Below, piece by piece: positions 52,858 through 64,000 of a stretch of DNA of 64,000 bases. Origin of the DNA: Lama guanicoe (Eukaryota); the NCBI GenBank assembly GCA_013239625.1, contig MU057350.1, forward strand, positions 2,294,001-2,358,000. Direction: 5' to 3'. Position 1 is the first letter of the stretch, and every line of letters starts with the position of its first letter. The notes beneath the pieces are model-generated. The model saw only the letters and a list, made by a program, of their open reading frames with translations, searched no databases and was not told the origin of the DNA. The translations under genes and the position numbers were made by a program.

Positions 52858-54085
52858 GTAAGTCCATTCAGTTTTCCTTCTCTGCCCCTAATCTATTATA
52901 AAGAGTATGATTATGTCCTCCTGAACAGCCAACCCACCTTTCCTTTGGAGCCTGCTCCTGCACACGCATCATGAGGGCTCCTGTGTACAGAAATGATCCA
53001 GAGCAGTGAGGCTGAAATGGAGTGTAGGACAGCGTGCTCTAGGTATGTCTGCTTAAGAGGCCATGTGATTGAACCGTTTGGTGGTCAAATGTGAGGCTAA
53101 AGGAGACGGTACAGCCAATGGCCAAATGCTGTGAAATAAGAAGGCTGGCAGGGATGGTCATCAAACTCAAGATGCACTAATTTTGCTCCCATCCATGGAA
53201 TTGTGCACCATGGAATTGGGCTCGCAAAAGCACATGACTCTTTCTGAATTTTGCAGAAGGCTTTGAGTTTGATTTGGGGATTGATGTATCCGTGATACAC
53301 AGACAGATTCCAACTCAGGAGGCTTTTGCAGGCTGACATTGTTGGCTGGTGGGAAATATTTTAATTTTTTTTTTCAGCAGGAGTCTTGGATCTGACTCTG
53401 AAGCTGTAAAGTGGAGATATTAAGTTTTTGATTTAAGAATGATTTAAACTTTATTTTTCCAAACGGTGGGGGAAAAGGGGCATTATGGTCAGGTAGGTGT
53501 GGGAGATGCTAGGCTGACGGATATAGGATATTGTCTTTCTCCAGGGGCAGAGACATAGCATAGAGCACCCCATACATCCATTAATATCCTGCTTCAAACA
53601 CAGTTGGGGAAATGTTTCTCTAGGAATTCTTTGTTTTTCCTACTGGCACGACAGATTAAAACTTTAGGATCTTCTCATGTGACGTTAAGGTGCTTCCCCA
53701 TAGATCTTGCCAAGCTCTGTATGTCTGCTGAGCTGGGCTTCACTTCTTTGCTAGGACATCAGCCTCGGGAGTATTTTAAAGATAACAGGTTCCAGAAATG
53801 TCATGTAGAAGCCACTTGGGTGTAGGAGGTTGAGGGGGTGGAGAGAAGCTGGGGAGCTGATAAGTAGGGTTAGGAGAAGGAAATGAACAAGAAATAATGA
53901 TGTGAAAATGGACAGTGAATAACTCCATTTCATTCATCCAGGAAGTCACTAAACATTTGATTCCCCCTAATATTGACCCTGCTCCCTAAAACAAACATTA
54001 AAAAGAAGTCAAGTTTTGAAAGTATAATCTGAGGCTTTAGGTTGATCATGATGGGAAAATGGTTTCACATTAATGACTTTGGAGC

Positions 54086-54193
54086 CAAAAAAAGAAAGAA
54101 AGAAGGAAAGGGGAGGAGGAGAGAAGACAAGGAACGGAGGGAGGGAGGGAGGAAGGAAGGAAGGGGAAGAAGGAGGGGGAGACGGAGAAGAAG
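54086..54193. repeat. GA-rich low-complexity purine tract (intron 9), followed by a plus-strand MIR (~54200-54345)
   Basis: (GAAA)/(GGAG)/(GGAA) units, almost pure purine. Confidence 0.8.
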
Positions 54194-54682
54194 GTGTGGT
54201 GAGTGACCTTGGGCAAGTCATTTCACTTTTTTGTTTCATTTTTCTCATGTGTAAAGTGGAGGATAATAACTGTGGTTTTGAGAATTAAATGAATTAACTG
54301 GTGTAAAACACTTAGAACAATGGCCAGCACCTAATACATGCATTGTATTATTCACAATTATTTTCTTTCTGGAGCCTTGCCTGATCTTGTGAAATTGGGA
54401 GGACAAGGAGAACTGTCCCTATAGTGTAGATGAGAAAATGTGTGCAGGGTGGTGACACTTGCACAAAGTCACTCAGCTTATTCATTTATTATTATTATCA
54501 TCATGAGGCTCACTCTGAGGATCACTCAGAGTGTCCTGTTTCCAAGTCTAGATGTTCTTTGAAAAAACAGATGGGGGCAGAATCCTGCACTTGGAAAAAC
54601 ACAGGCTTTGATTGCTGAAAGCTTCTACTTTCCATTCTTCAAAGCTGATTGACAATTCAAAAGCTGTCTTTCTCATCTCCAG

Positions 54683-54839
54683 TCCCACCCCAGATTGGTG
54701 AGAAGTCTCTGATCTCTCCTGTGGACTCTTACCAGTACGGCACCTCCCAAACACTGACGTGCACGGTCTATGCCGTTCCTCCCCCAAGTCACATCCGGTG
54801 GTACTGGCAGCTGGAGACAGAGTGCACCTACAAGCCCAC
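54683..54839 (+). CDS. KDR: KDR exon 10 (Ig5)
   Basis: ccag|TC...CCAC|gtgagt; [53 protein letters not shown]. Confidence 0.97.
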
Positions 54840-54890
54840 GTGAGTAGGGCTACACCCTCTTTTTGCTGCACTTTTGCATTTTTACTATTT

Positions 54891-55070
54891 NNNNNNNNNN
54901 NNNNNNNNNNNNNNNNNNNNNNNNNNNNNNNNNNNNNNNNNNNNNNNNNNNNNNNNNNNNNNNNNNNNNNNNNNNNNNNNNNNNNNNNNNNNNNNNNNNN
55001 NNNNNNNNNNNNNNNNNNNNNNNNNNNNNNNNNNNNNNNNNNNNNNNNNNNNNNNNNNNNNNNNNNNNNN
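54891..55070. other. Assembly gap (intron 10)
   Basis: Run of N. Confidence 1.
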
Positions 55071-55299
55071 TGTATACATCACATCTTCTTTATTCAGTCA
55101 TCTGTTGATGGACATAGCCAGGCTATCATATGACTCCATTCTAAGTCAAGAAGGCTCTCTCAAAGAAGGACATTCCTCAGGTGGCACTCTTAGTCTCCTT
55201 GCATCTTCTCTGTGGCTACATTTATAGGAGATGTCATTCCTTGAGGTATCCTGCTTTGAGCTTAGCTAGCTCTCTCTTTAGGTTAGCCCCAATTGTACC

Positions 55300-55800
55300 C
55301 CTCTCGAAGCGCAGTTTCTTTGCTCACTTTGTTAATTGCCAGTCTTTGGTTTTTCTCCTTGTACCAATCAACCAGTGAATACCACGATCTCCTTATCTGT
55401 GAGAAGGTCCATCTCAGAGGAAGTGCTGAAGGATGCGAGGGAGCGATAGACCTCGGAGCCTCAGGCCCGGCTTATCACGTCCTAACACAAGTCCAGACAT
55501 CCTTAGGAAAAACAACAACAACAAGTCACCCACCACCACCCTAGGCAGCTCACTTCCTGTTGTTGTTTTTGGGATGACCCCTTCTGGTTGCTTCCTCAGA
55601 TGCTGACCATTTCCCACACAAAGGCCACAGTCCCAGGGAGATCGCTTTAAGAAGCCCAATGGCTTCTCAGTTTCCTTGCCTGCCTTTGAACTAAATTAAC
55701 TTGAATTGTCTTGTCGATCCAATTTATGAATGGAGGTTTGTTCCCAAAATAGCTGCTTCCCTCCCGTATCCTGAATGAATCTACCTAGAACCTTTTCCTT
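55300..55800. promoter_or_regulatory. Candidate orthologue of the Flk1 intron-10 arterial/endothelial enhancer
   Basis: FOX:ETS ACTTCCTGTTGTT 55552-55564, RBPJ TTTCCCAC 55610-55617 abutting SOX ACAAAG 55618-55623, GATA 55393-55398 and 55472-55477, ETS AGGAAGT 55418-55424. Confidence 0.75.
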
Positions 55801-55967
55801 CACTGCCCAGGCCTATTTTTAATTGGCGCCAAGTCTTGTAGCGGGGTAGGGTGCACTGAGCAGTTACTTCCAAGAACAAAATACCAAAGTCTGGCTCTTG
55901 CTTTGCTATTGAGGTGAATTTTAAGAAAAATTAAGTCATGATATCATCTGTTATCTCTTTCTTATAG

Positions 55968-56091
55968 CCAAGCTGCCTTAATGACAAACCCATATAGCTG
56001 TAAAGAATGGAGAAACGTGGAGGATGTCCAGGGCGGAAATAAAATTGAAGTCAACAAAAATCAATTTGCCTTAATTGAAGGAAAGAACAAA
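55968..56091 (+). CDS. KDR: KDR exon 11 (Ig5)
   Basis: atag|C...AAA|gtgagt; [41 protein letters not shown]. Confidence 0.97.
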
Positions 56092-56550
56092 GTGAGTTGG
56101 CAGTTCTTTAATTTGAAAATCTGTCTCTCTTTCACGGAAGGTTGTAGTGAAAGCAGGGTAAAACAATATGTGAGGAGCATTGGAGACTGATCAGCAAATA
56201 AACTGGGCGATAAAATGTTAGCGTATTAAGTCAGTTTGAAAAGACCACTGACTTTTAGAAGCACCATTGGCTTATTAACGCCTTATCAGAGCAAGGGAAA
56301 ATATATCTGCCATTAGCCCTGTACATCTATTGTAAGGTAATTCTGAGTTTACAAACATACACATGAGAAAATGAGTGTAATGTTGTATTAAAACACGTGC
56401 TTTATTTCCTGGTTGCCAAAGCTCATTTTGTATGACGTGTGAGCTGCTGCAGCGTAATTGTAATGGCACGGATTTGAGTGCCGTCGGTGCCGGAGTAGGA
56501 GTCGGGTAGGCAGGCCGCGGCGGTTGTGGGGACGCTGAATTTTAGTCTGA

Positions 56551-56757
<207 letters not shown>

Positions 56758-57546
56758 TGATACTCTGTCGTCCTGGCCATTTCCATGAGCGGCACGACTT
56801 TAGGAAGGGGACTTGGATGGATAATCGATGCTTTTGTTCATGAATGAGAACTCCTCAGCTCAACATGAAGTCAGTCCATCTGACTGCCCAGGAGAGAGAA
56901 TATGGTTTCACATCTGCTTCTGAACCTCAAGTCCCATGTCACATTTTTGTCTCCATCATCAGAGGCTAGCACAGTGCTTGGCTTATTGAGGTTCAGCCAA
57001 TATTTATGTGCTTGCTGCTGGACACTTGACGAGTGAGTGTCTTGGAAGCAGTTGTAATGACATTGGAGCGGTGCCCTCCCAAGGCTGCCGATTTTCTCTG
57101 TTCATCTTTCATTTCATGGCTAAGCTTTAGCTGACTGGACAGGATAAAATATTGCAGTCTAGGCTAATTCACTGTAATAAATATAGCTTTCCTCTCAGTG
57201 AGTGTTAGGTATTCATGAAGAATTAATTTTTGATATTCCATGTTATAATTATCTGCTTTGAATTTTGTTGGATTTCAATAAAATCTTATAAACCATGTTT
57301 CGAGCTCAAAGTGAAGATTTGATAAATATCTGAGGAATTAATTTACATTTCCAAATAATATAGTTTCATCAAATAGTACATTTTGAAACCGAACTGTCCA
57401 GTTGGCTGTCTTCTTATATTACATTGTCTGGGATTGCTGGAGCTTCACTTCTCGTGGGGCTTTATCACAGGCTGAAGGCAACAAGAAAATAATAGCATGC
57501 TGCCCAAGTTAAGTCACTAGCTTCTAACAGGGGGTTTACCTTTCAG

Positions 57547-57888
57547 AGGGTCCTGAAATCACCTTGCAACCCAGCACCCAGCCAACTGAGCAGGAGAGCG
57601 TGTCTCTGCAGTGCTCAGCGGACAGAACTATGTTTGAGAACCTCACGTGGTACAAGCTTGGCCCCCCGGCTCTACCAGTCCGCACAGGAGAGTTGCCCAC
57701 ACCTATCTGCAAGAACTTGGATGTTCTTTGGAAAATGAATGCCACCATGTTCTCTAATAGCACCAATGACATTTTGATCGTGGAGCTCCAGAATGCATCC
57801 TTGCAAGATCAGGGAGACTACGTCTGCTTTGCTCAGGACAGGAAGACCAAGAAAAGACATTGTGTCGCCAGGCAGCTCACAGTCCTAG
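57547..57888 (+). CDS. KDR: KDR exon 13 (Ig6)
   Basis: ttcag|AG...CTAG|gtaagg; [23 protein letters not shown]...[28 protein letters not shown]. Confidence 0.97.
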
Positions 57889-57935
57889 GTAAGGAGGTAA
57901 CTCTGGACCACCCGGAGACGGTTGGAAATCCTTAA
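57889..57935 (+). CDS. KDR: Intron-13 read-through tail of soluble VEGFR-2 isoform ([15 protein letters not shown])
   Basis: In-frame continuation past the exon 13 donor to TAA at 57933-57935. The peptide resembles the recalled human sVEGFR-2 tail GRETILDHCAEAVGMP. Confidence 0.7.
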
Positions 57936-59854
57936 AGGTAGTGCTTTCTGGGGGCTGTGTAAAGATTGTCCGCTAGGAGCTTATGAAGTAGACTCGTGAA
58001 CACTTATCTTACTCACTGAAAGTCCTCGAGGCACGAGGAGGCTCATCATGATGAAGTGATGTATTAAAAAGAAAACAACACGGTTCTATCCAACCCTGAT
58101 GGTGGAGTAACTCACTATTTTCTGCAAGGGATTACCCTGAACCAGGGCAAGTTCTGCCCTATTCTCGGGCATCCATTTATTTCAATAGATACATATTTGT
58201 GGAATGCCCACCATGAGCTAGGAGGGTGCCGGAACTTCACAGTGGGGAGTAGGTGGGGAGGGTGAGAACACAGACCACCACCAGCCTGTCGCAGTACCGT
58301 GTGGTCTCTGTGTTCTTGAGGACAGGGGTTGTTTTCTGTTTTACTTCTTGGTCGGCTCCAGACACAGTGGTACAGATTAGGTGCATGATAAGACATTTGC
58401 TGCTGGAAGAGTGTGGTGATGGTGTCGCTTACCACCTCTGAGAGCCCCTGGGAGGGGTGCCACCCTCATTGCCTGTACCTCTGCCGTACAGCTCAGGGTC
58501 AGTGAGATGATCATTTTAATCAGCAGAGAGCTTTGTAAATTCCACATCAAGCCACCCTCTACACCTCATCTAACCTTGCTCCTTGCACAAAATCTGTGCA
58601 GCCATGGCTCTGTCTCTGAGAAAATTAGGCAAATTTGGGGAGTTTCTCTTTTTGCCATCTCCTTCTATTTTTTCCTCTCCTTCGTTTTCTTACCCAGTTT
58701 CTGGGATGCTTATGTTCTGGTTTTTCACTGTGAAGAAAGGGAACTGCCCAGATAAACTAATTTATACTAAAGTTTTAGTGGAATAATATCTTCAGAAGCT
58801 TTGGCATATTTTAAGAGGTATCTTCCGACAGCCACTAGGATGGATTTTGCTAGAGTTAAGACTCAGGTGGCAGAAGAAGAGATGTTTTGGGGTGAAGTCA
58901 TCCCAGAGCTCTTCAGATCACACCACATATATATGACCATGGTTTTTCTGTTCACCTTGGTGACCGGTCTGGTTTCAAGCTAATGAAAAAATTCCAACAG
59001 AGATGTGAAAGAGGCTCCGGGCTTGCCATGCCCAGGAAATATGTGCTCACGATGAGCTAGTTTGCTTTCCTAAGGACTCTCAAGTTGTTTTCCAAAAATT
59101 ATTCTTAGAAATAAACTAGAGTCCATTTGCTTAAACCCCAGTGTAGTTCACTGTCGAGGTATTCTCATTTTGCTAAATGTTGACGTTGATTTCTTCTGCA
59201 AGATTCCTTTTGATGTTAGGACAAGATATTTCTACAGCACTTTGATGATTTGTAGGAAAGGGGTAAATCTAAAGCTGTCCTGTATATCTAAACAAGGACC
59301 CATGGGCTTTGTTTTCTTTAAATCTTTGACTTTCCTTCAAGTGTCGTTGTTTTATTTAGAGGAAATAGTACTGGACTAGTCTTTTAGGCTCATGTAAATC
59401 TATTATGAGTTCATCTGTTGACTTAGAGGCACTTGGACAAGTTGTTTAACCCTCCTTCATCTGCAAAATCAGGCTAATTCTACCTACCATAGGACTGATG
59501 GTGAGCAATGGAAATAGTATGAGTTTTTTTTAAAGTACCAAATAAATATAAAGCCTTTTTTTTGTTGAATTACATTGAGGTTTTTGCATTCTGAGAGAAA
59601 CATGGCAGAATTTTTGGGTGTCATTGGCTAGGATTTATTTATTTATTTGTTTCATGGGCAGGAAGCCCATATGACAACTTTTATTTTGTGGTGTGATTAC
59701 CAGCTCAGGTCACTAGTATGAACGTTCAAAGGGAGGCAGTGATCTGTCTGAACTGACTTGTTTCACTTAACTTTAGTGACCAGGTTGATCACAGTGACCA
59801 ACCTCTGCATGTTTTCAGCTTAGTAAATCAACAGTTTAGTAAATGGTCTAATAG

Positions 59855-60136
<282 letters not shown>

Positions 60137-60152
60137 TAATATCCATATTATT

Positions 60153-60510
60153 TCTTTTAAAAGTTGTTTATTTTTATTGAGGTATAGTTAATGTACAATA
60201 TTATTTAAGTTTCAGGTGTATGACATAGTGATTCACAATTTTTAAAGATTATATTCTATTTGTAATTATTGTAAAATATTAACTATAGTTCCTGTGCTGT
60301 ACAATACATCCTTGTGGCTTATTTATTTTATACATAGTACTTTGTACCTCTTAATCCCCTACCCCTGTCTTGTCCCCCCCTCTCCCCTCCCCACATTGGT
60401 CCCCACTAGTCTGTTCTCTGTATCTGTGAGTCTGTTTCTTTTTTGTTATTTTCACTAGTCTGTTGTACTTTTTAGATTCCACATATAAGTTATATTATAC
60501 AGTATAAAAG
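60153..60510 (-). mobile_element. 5'-truncated L1 3' end (intron 14) with TSD
   Basis: TTTATTGAGGTATAGTTAATGTACAATATT...TTAGATTCCACATATAAG; CCATATTATT at 60143-60152 and 60511-60520. Confidence 0.8.
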
Positions 60511-60713
60511 CCATATTATTCCTCAATTTGTTTTAGGTAGGGAAAAAAAGCCATCGTAGTGTCCGTGGTCTGGTTCACTTGATGGGAATCCAAATGTTCA
60601 AAGCCTTGTTGAATTCTCATGGAAGCCAGGGGTGCAAAGTCAGCAGCTGATCCTCTGTGACCCTTTGGATTTAGATAATAGCCCAAGATAAAGGACACCA
60701 TTTATATTTTTAA

Positions 60714-60935
<222 letters not shown>

Positions 60936-62544
60936 TAAAGTGGTTTTAAAAAAATTCGCATGTATGTTATATACACTCATATACGCTGGCCAGGACCATA
61001 GCCAAATGGGCAGTTTTTAATATTCTTTGTACTTTGTAAATTTCCTGGTCTAAGTATGTATTATTTTAACCAGAAAGCATGATTAATGTTATTTGAATTC
61101 TGCTTGCATCACATTTCTATCCCTGCAGTTCTCAATGTGGAAAATTCTCAGCCAGGCAGATGGAATGCCCTCCTTTCAGTGATTCGTTCTCCATTTGAAT
61201 GGCTCAATTAACTTGTTATGGAAATTATGCCTCTATATCTATTAGGTAGAATTACTGCCTAGTCATGAAAATAAGTGCTATCCAGAGAGTCACAAGGGTT
61301 CATAGTTTTTGTTGGACTAAAGATAATTAAAATTCATTTGTGAACAATAGACCATTGCGTCTCTGAAAATGAAAAATTTGAGGTTCTTATCTAAATGTGT
61401 ATGCAAGAATGATGTGAGATTCCTGACATAGTCTCAGATGGGAAAGGTAATTTGTGACAGAACATTTTATCTTCAAAAGTATATTCCTATGTCTTTTTTT
61501 AAACTAACCTACCAGAGGCACAGTGAAAACAGTATTGTGTGGGTGAAGGAATGGTATGCAGGGGGGGAGTGAGAGGGGTGGTGATGGATGGAGGAACTGA
61601 TGGATTTCTATGAACTCATCCTAATTTGTCTCTCAAAGTCTAGATTTCAGTCCCTTTAATCTGTCAAATCTATGTTGCCAAGTACTGCATCTCGATACCT
61701 TGACTTCTTTTCAAATTCCATTTCATCAGCTGCACTTGCAAATAAAGATTTCAAGTGCATGAAGTAAATAAAGATTTCAAGTGACATGGTGGTTTTGCCA
61801 CTTTCAAAGTGCTTCATGCTTTAGAGCAAATCCGGAGGGAGACTTCCAGCTCCCCGCTGTGCCCTGCCTCAGCTCCGTTAGCTGTCTGCAGCTGGTGACC
61901 GAGGCTTAACTAGGTAACCTTGGCACTGACGTTGTATTTACTTCTCACCAGAAGAGAATATTAAGGAAGTAAAAGGTAAATATTTAATGCTGCTGCTAGG
62001 TTCCCAAATGTTAATATGGGAACATTAATGCACCAACTTATATAGACAGTCGAATCTTTGAACTTTTTGCTGTGCACAAACGGACTTTTAAATCTCTATG
62101 TATAAATAGAGAATTACTTCAGTTACACCCCCGAGAAACGAAATCTACTTCCAAGCAAACTGGGTGCTCGTCTCTCAACTGTTCACTCTTATTTTGCTAA
62201 CTAATTACTTGTCTTCCTGCCTTCTTGAGGCCTCCTGGGCCACTCTCACAGCTTGTGGCCCCGGTTTGATTCACACCGCCCTCATCCGATGGGAGGCCGT
62301 AAGTGGTCATTGCTTCTTTATCACTGCTCTGCTAATCACTCTTAGTCGAAAGCCTCCTCTGGACTTAATTTTTCCCACTTAGAGCTGTCCTCTGGGGTCC
62401 TGAGCATCTGCAGCTTTCCCTGCTGAGCTCTAGCTTTATCTCTTCTCTTTCCTTTCTTGAGTGGTTTTAAACTCATACTGCCAGGGCATGTGGGATGTAC
62501 TCACGTCAGCTCTCTTTCCTCCCCGAGGTTCCTGCCACGTGAGG

Positions 62545-62760
62545 ACAGTGCAGTGTAATGTTACCTGGTGTTGGACAGACCTTGTTTAACTCTTGACCAT
62601 TCCACCACCTTGCTGTGTGCCCTTGATGAAGTAGCTTAACCTCTCTGAGCTTGCTTCTCCACCTGAAAAATGAGGGTTGTTGAGAAAACAAAGTGATGTA
62701 TCTAAATGTGACATATTTGAAGTAATGAGCACCTAGTGAGTGCCTGGTCACCCATTGCTT
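62545..62760 (+). mobile_element. MIR (intron 15)
   Basis: GCTGTGTGCCCTTGATGAAGTAGCTTAACCTCTCTGAGC...GGGTTGTTGAGA. Confidence 0.6.
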
Positions 62761-63220
62761 TCTGGCCAAAGTACTACATTTATTTCCCTACTTGTTGTCT
62801 TAAACAATCCTTCCCTCAAACTCCATACAAATCAAAACATAGACTGTCAGTGTAAAATCAGACATTTATTTACCCCAAATAGAATACTTTTCTTCTTTAT
62901 AGAACGTGATCTGTTTTCTTTCTGTCAAAGTGTGCTCTTCTCCCAAACACTTTCTGTTTGTCTTTTAAGACATGAATATTTCTCTCCTTAATTACTTTAG
63001 AATTATATTGTTGGAAGTTTTCATGAGCAATGTCTTGCAAACCTTAAATTATCCATTAAGAATACTGTAAATTCCATCCAAGTTAGAGGTGTGTGACTCT
63101 GACTGTCTAGGATTTTCCCCAGTTGGTAACATTGAGATCTTGCATTAGTGTTGAACTTTGTCATTCTGTATCAAAGGGTATAAATTTCCATTGTTGACGC
63201 CCATTCAATTGTCTTCCCAG

Positions 63221-63327
63221 GTGCCCAGGAAAAGACAAACTTGGAAGTCATTATTCTAGTGGGCACTGCAGTGCTTGCCATGTTCTTCTGGCTACTTCTT
63301 GTCATCATTCTACGGACCGTTAAGCGG
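63221..63327 (+). CDS. KDR: KDR exon 16 (transmembrane helix)
   Basis: ccag|GT...CGG|gtaaca; [36 protein letters not shown]. Confidence 0.97.
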
Positions 63328-63681
63328 GTAACAAAATAGTTTCCCTTCTGTCCCATGCACGTTGGCTTTCATGATTAATGAAAGCTGACTAGGGTTCTTT
63401 GGGTTGGTTCTTCCCATTGTTGTTGGCTCAATAGGCACAATTTTATTTCTATACAATAACATTCTTGCCCACTTTCTTTTGCCTGGACCACTGGGCTTTA
63501 ATTGATAGAAGCAACTAGAGAAGAAATGGGCTTGGACTGTCTAGTGTAATTAGGATTTAAGAATTTAATTCTGAGCTCATTTAGGGGTTGAGGGGACACT
63601 GGAAGCGGGATGATAATAGGACTACTCTCAGCCTCCATGAGCCGTTTAGAAAATGAGACATTAAGAATGGGGCTTCTATAA

Positions 63682-63951
<270 letters not shown>

Positions 63952-64000
63952 TAGGATGGTGACAAATCTAGTCTATTTAAATGTCAGATTCCGATTCAGA

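Overview
Mammalian genomic DNA, very probably camelid (alpaca/llama/camel), judged from a tRNA-Ala-derived Vic-1-type SINE and young L1 3' ends. The window holds ~40 kb of repeat-rich upstream sequence followed by the 5' part of KDR (VEGFR2/Flk-1) on the + strand. That part comprises a TATA-less CpG-island promoter (TSS ~39916) and coding exons 1-17 (ATG 40217; 2509 nt of CDS, codons 1-836). These encode the signal peptide, seven Ig domains, the transmembrane helix and the juxtamembrane segment; the kinase exons lie beyond the window. All 17 exons have canonical GT/AG boundaries and join in one open frame. There are five N-gaps. I found no new multi-gene system: this is a well-known locus. The most interesting signals are regulatory or lineage-specific: (1) an out-of-frame upstream AUG opening a 164-codon ORF that overlaps KDR exons 1-3; (2) Gly at residue 717, where human has Asp; (3) the conserved intron-13 read-through tail of soluble VEGFR-2; (4) a duplicated AATAAA in intron 15 that could give a full-ectodomain soluble receptor; (5) motif clusters matching the intron-1, intron-10 and distal mesodermal Flk1 enhancers. 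Human/mouse comparisons are from memory and need alignment to confirm. Repeat boundaries and subfamilies are approximate.
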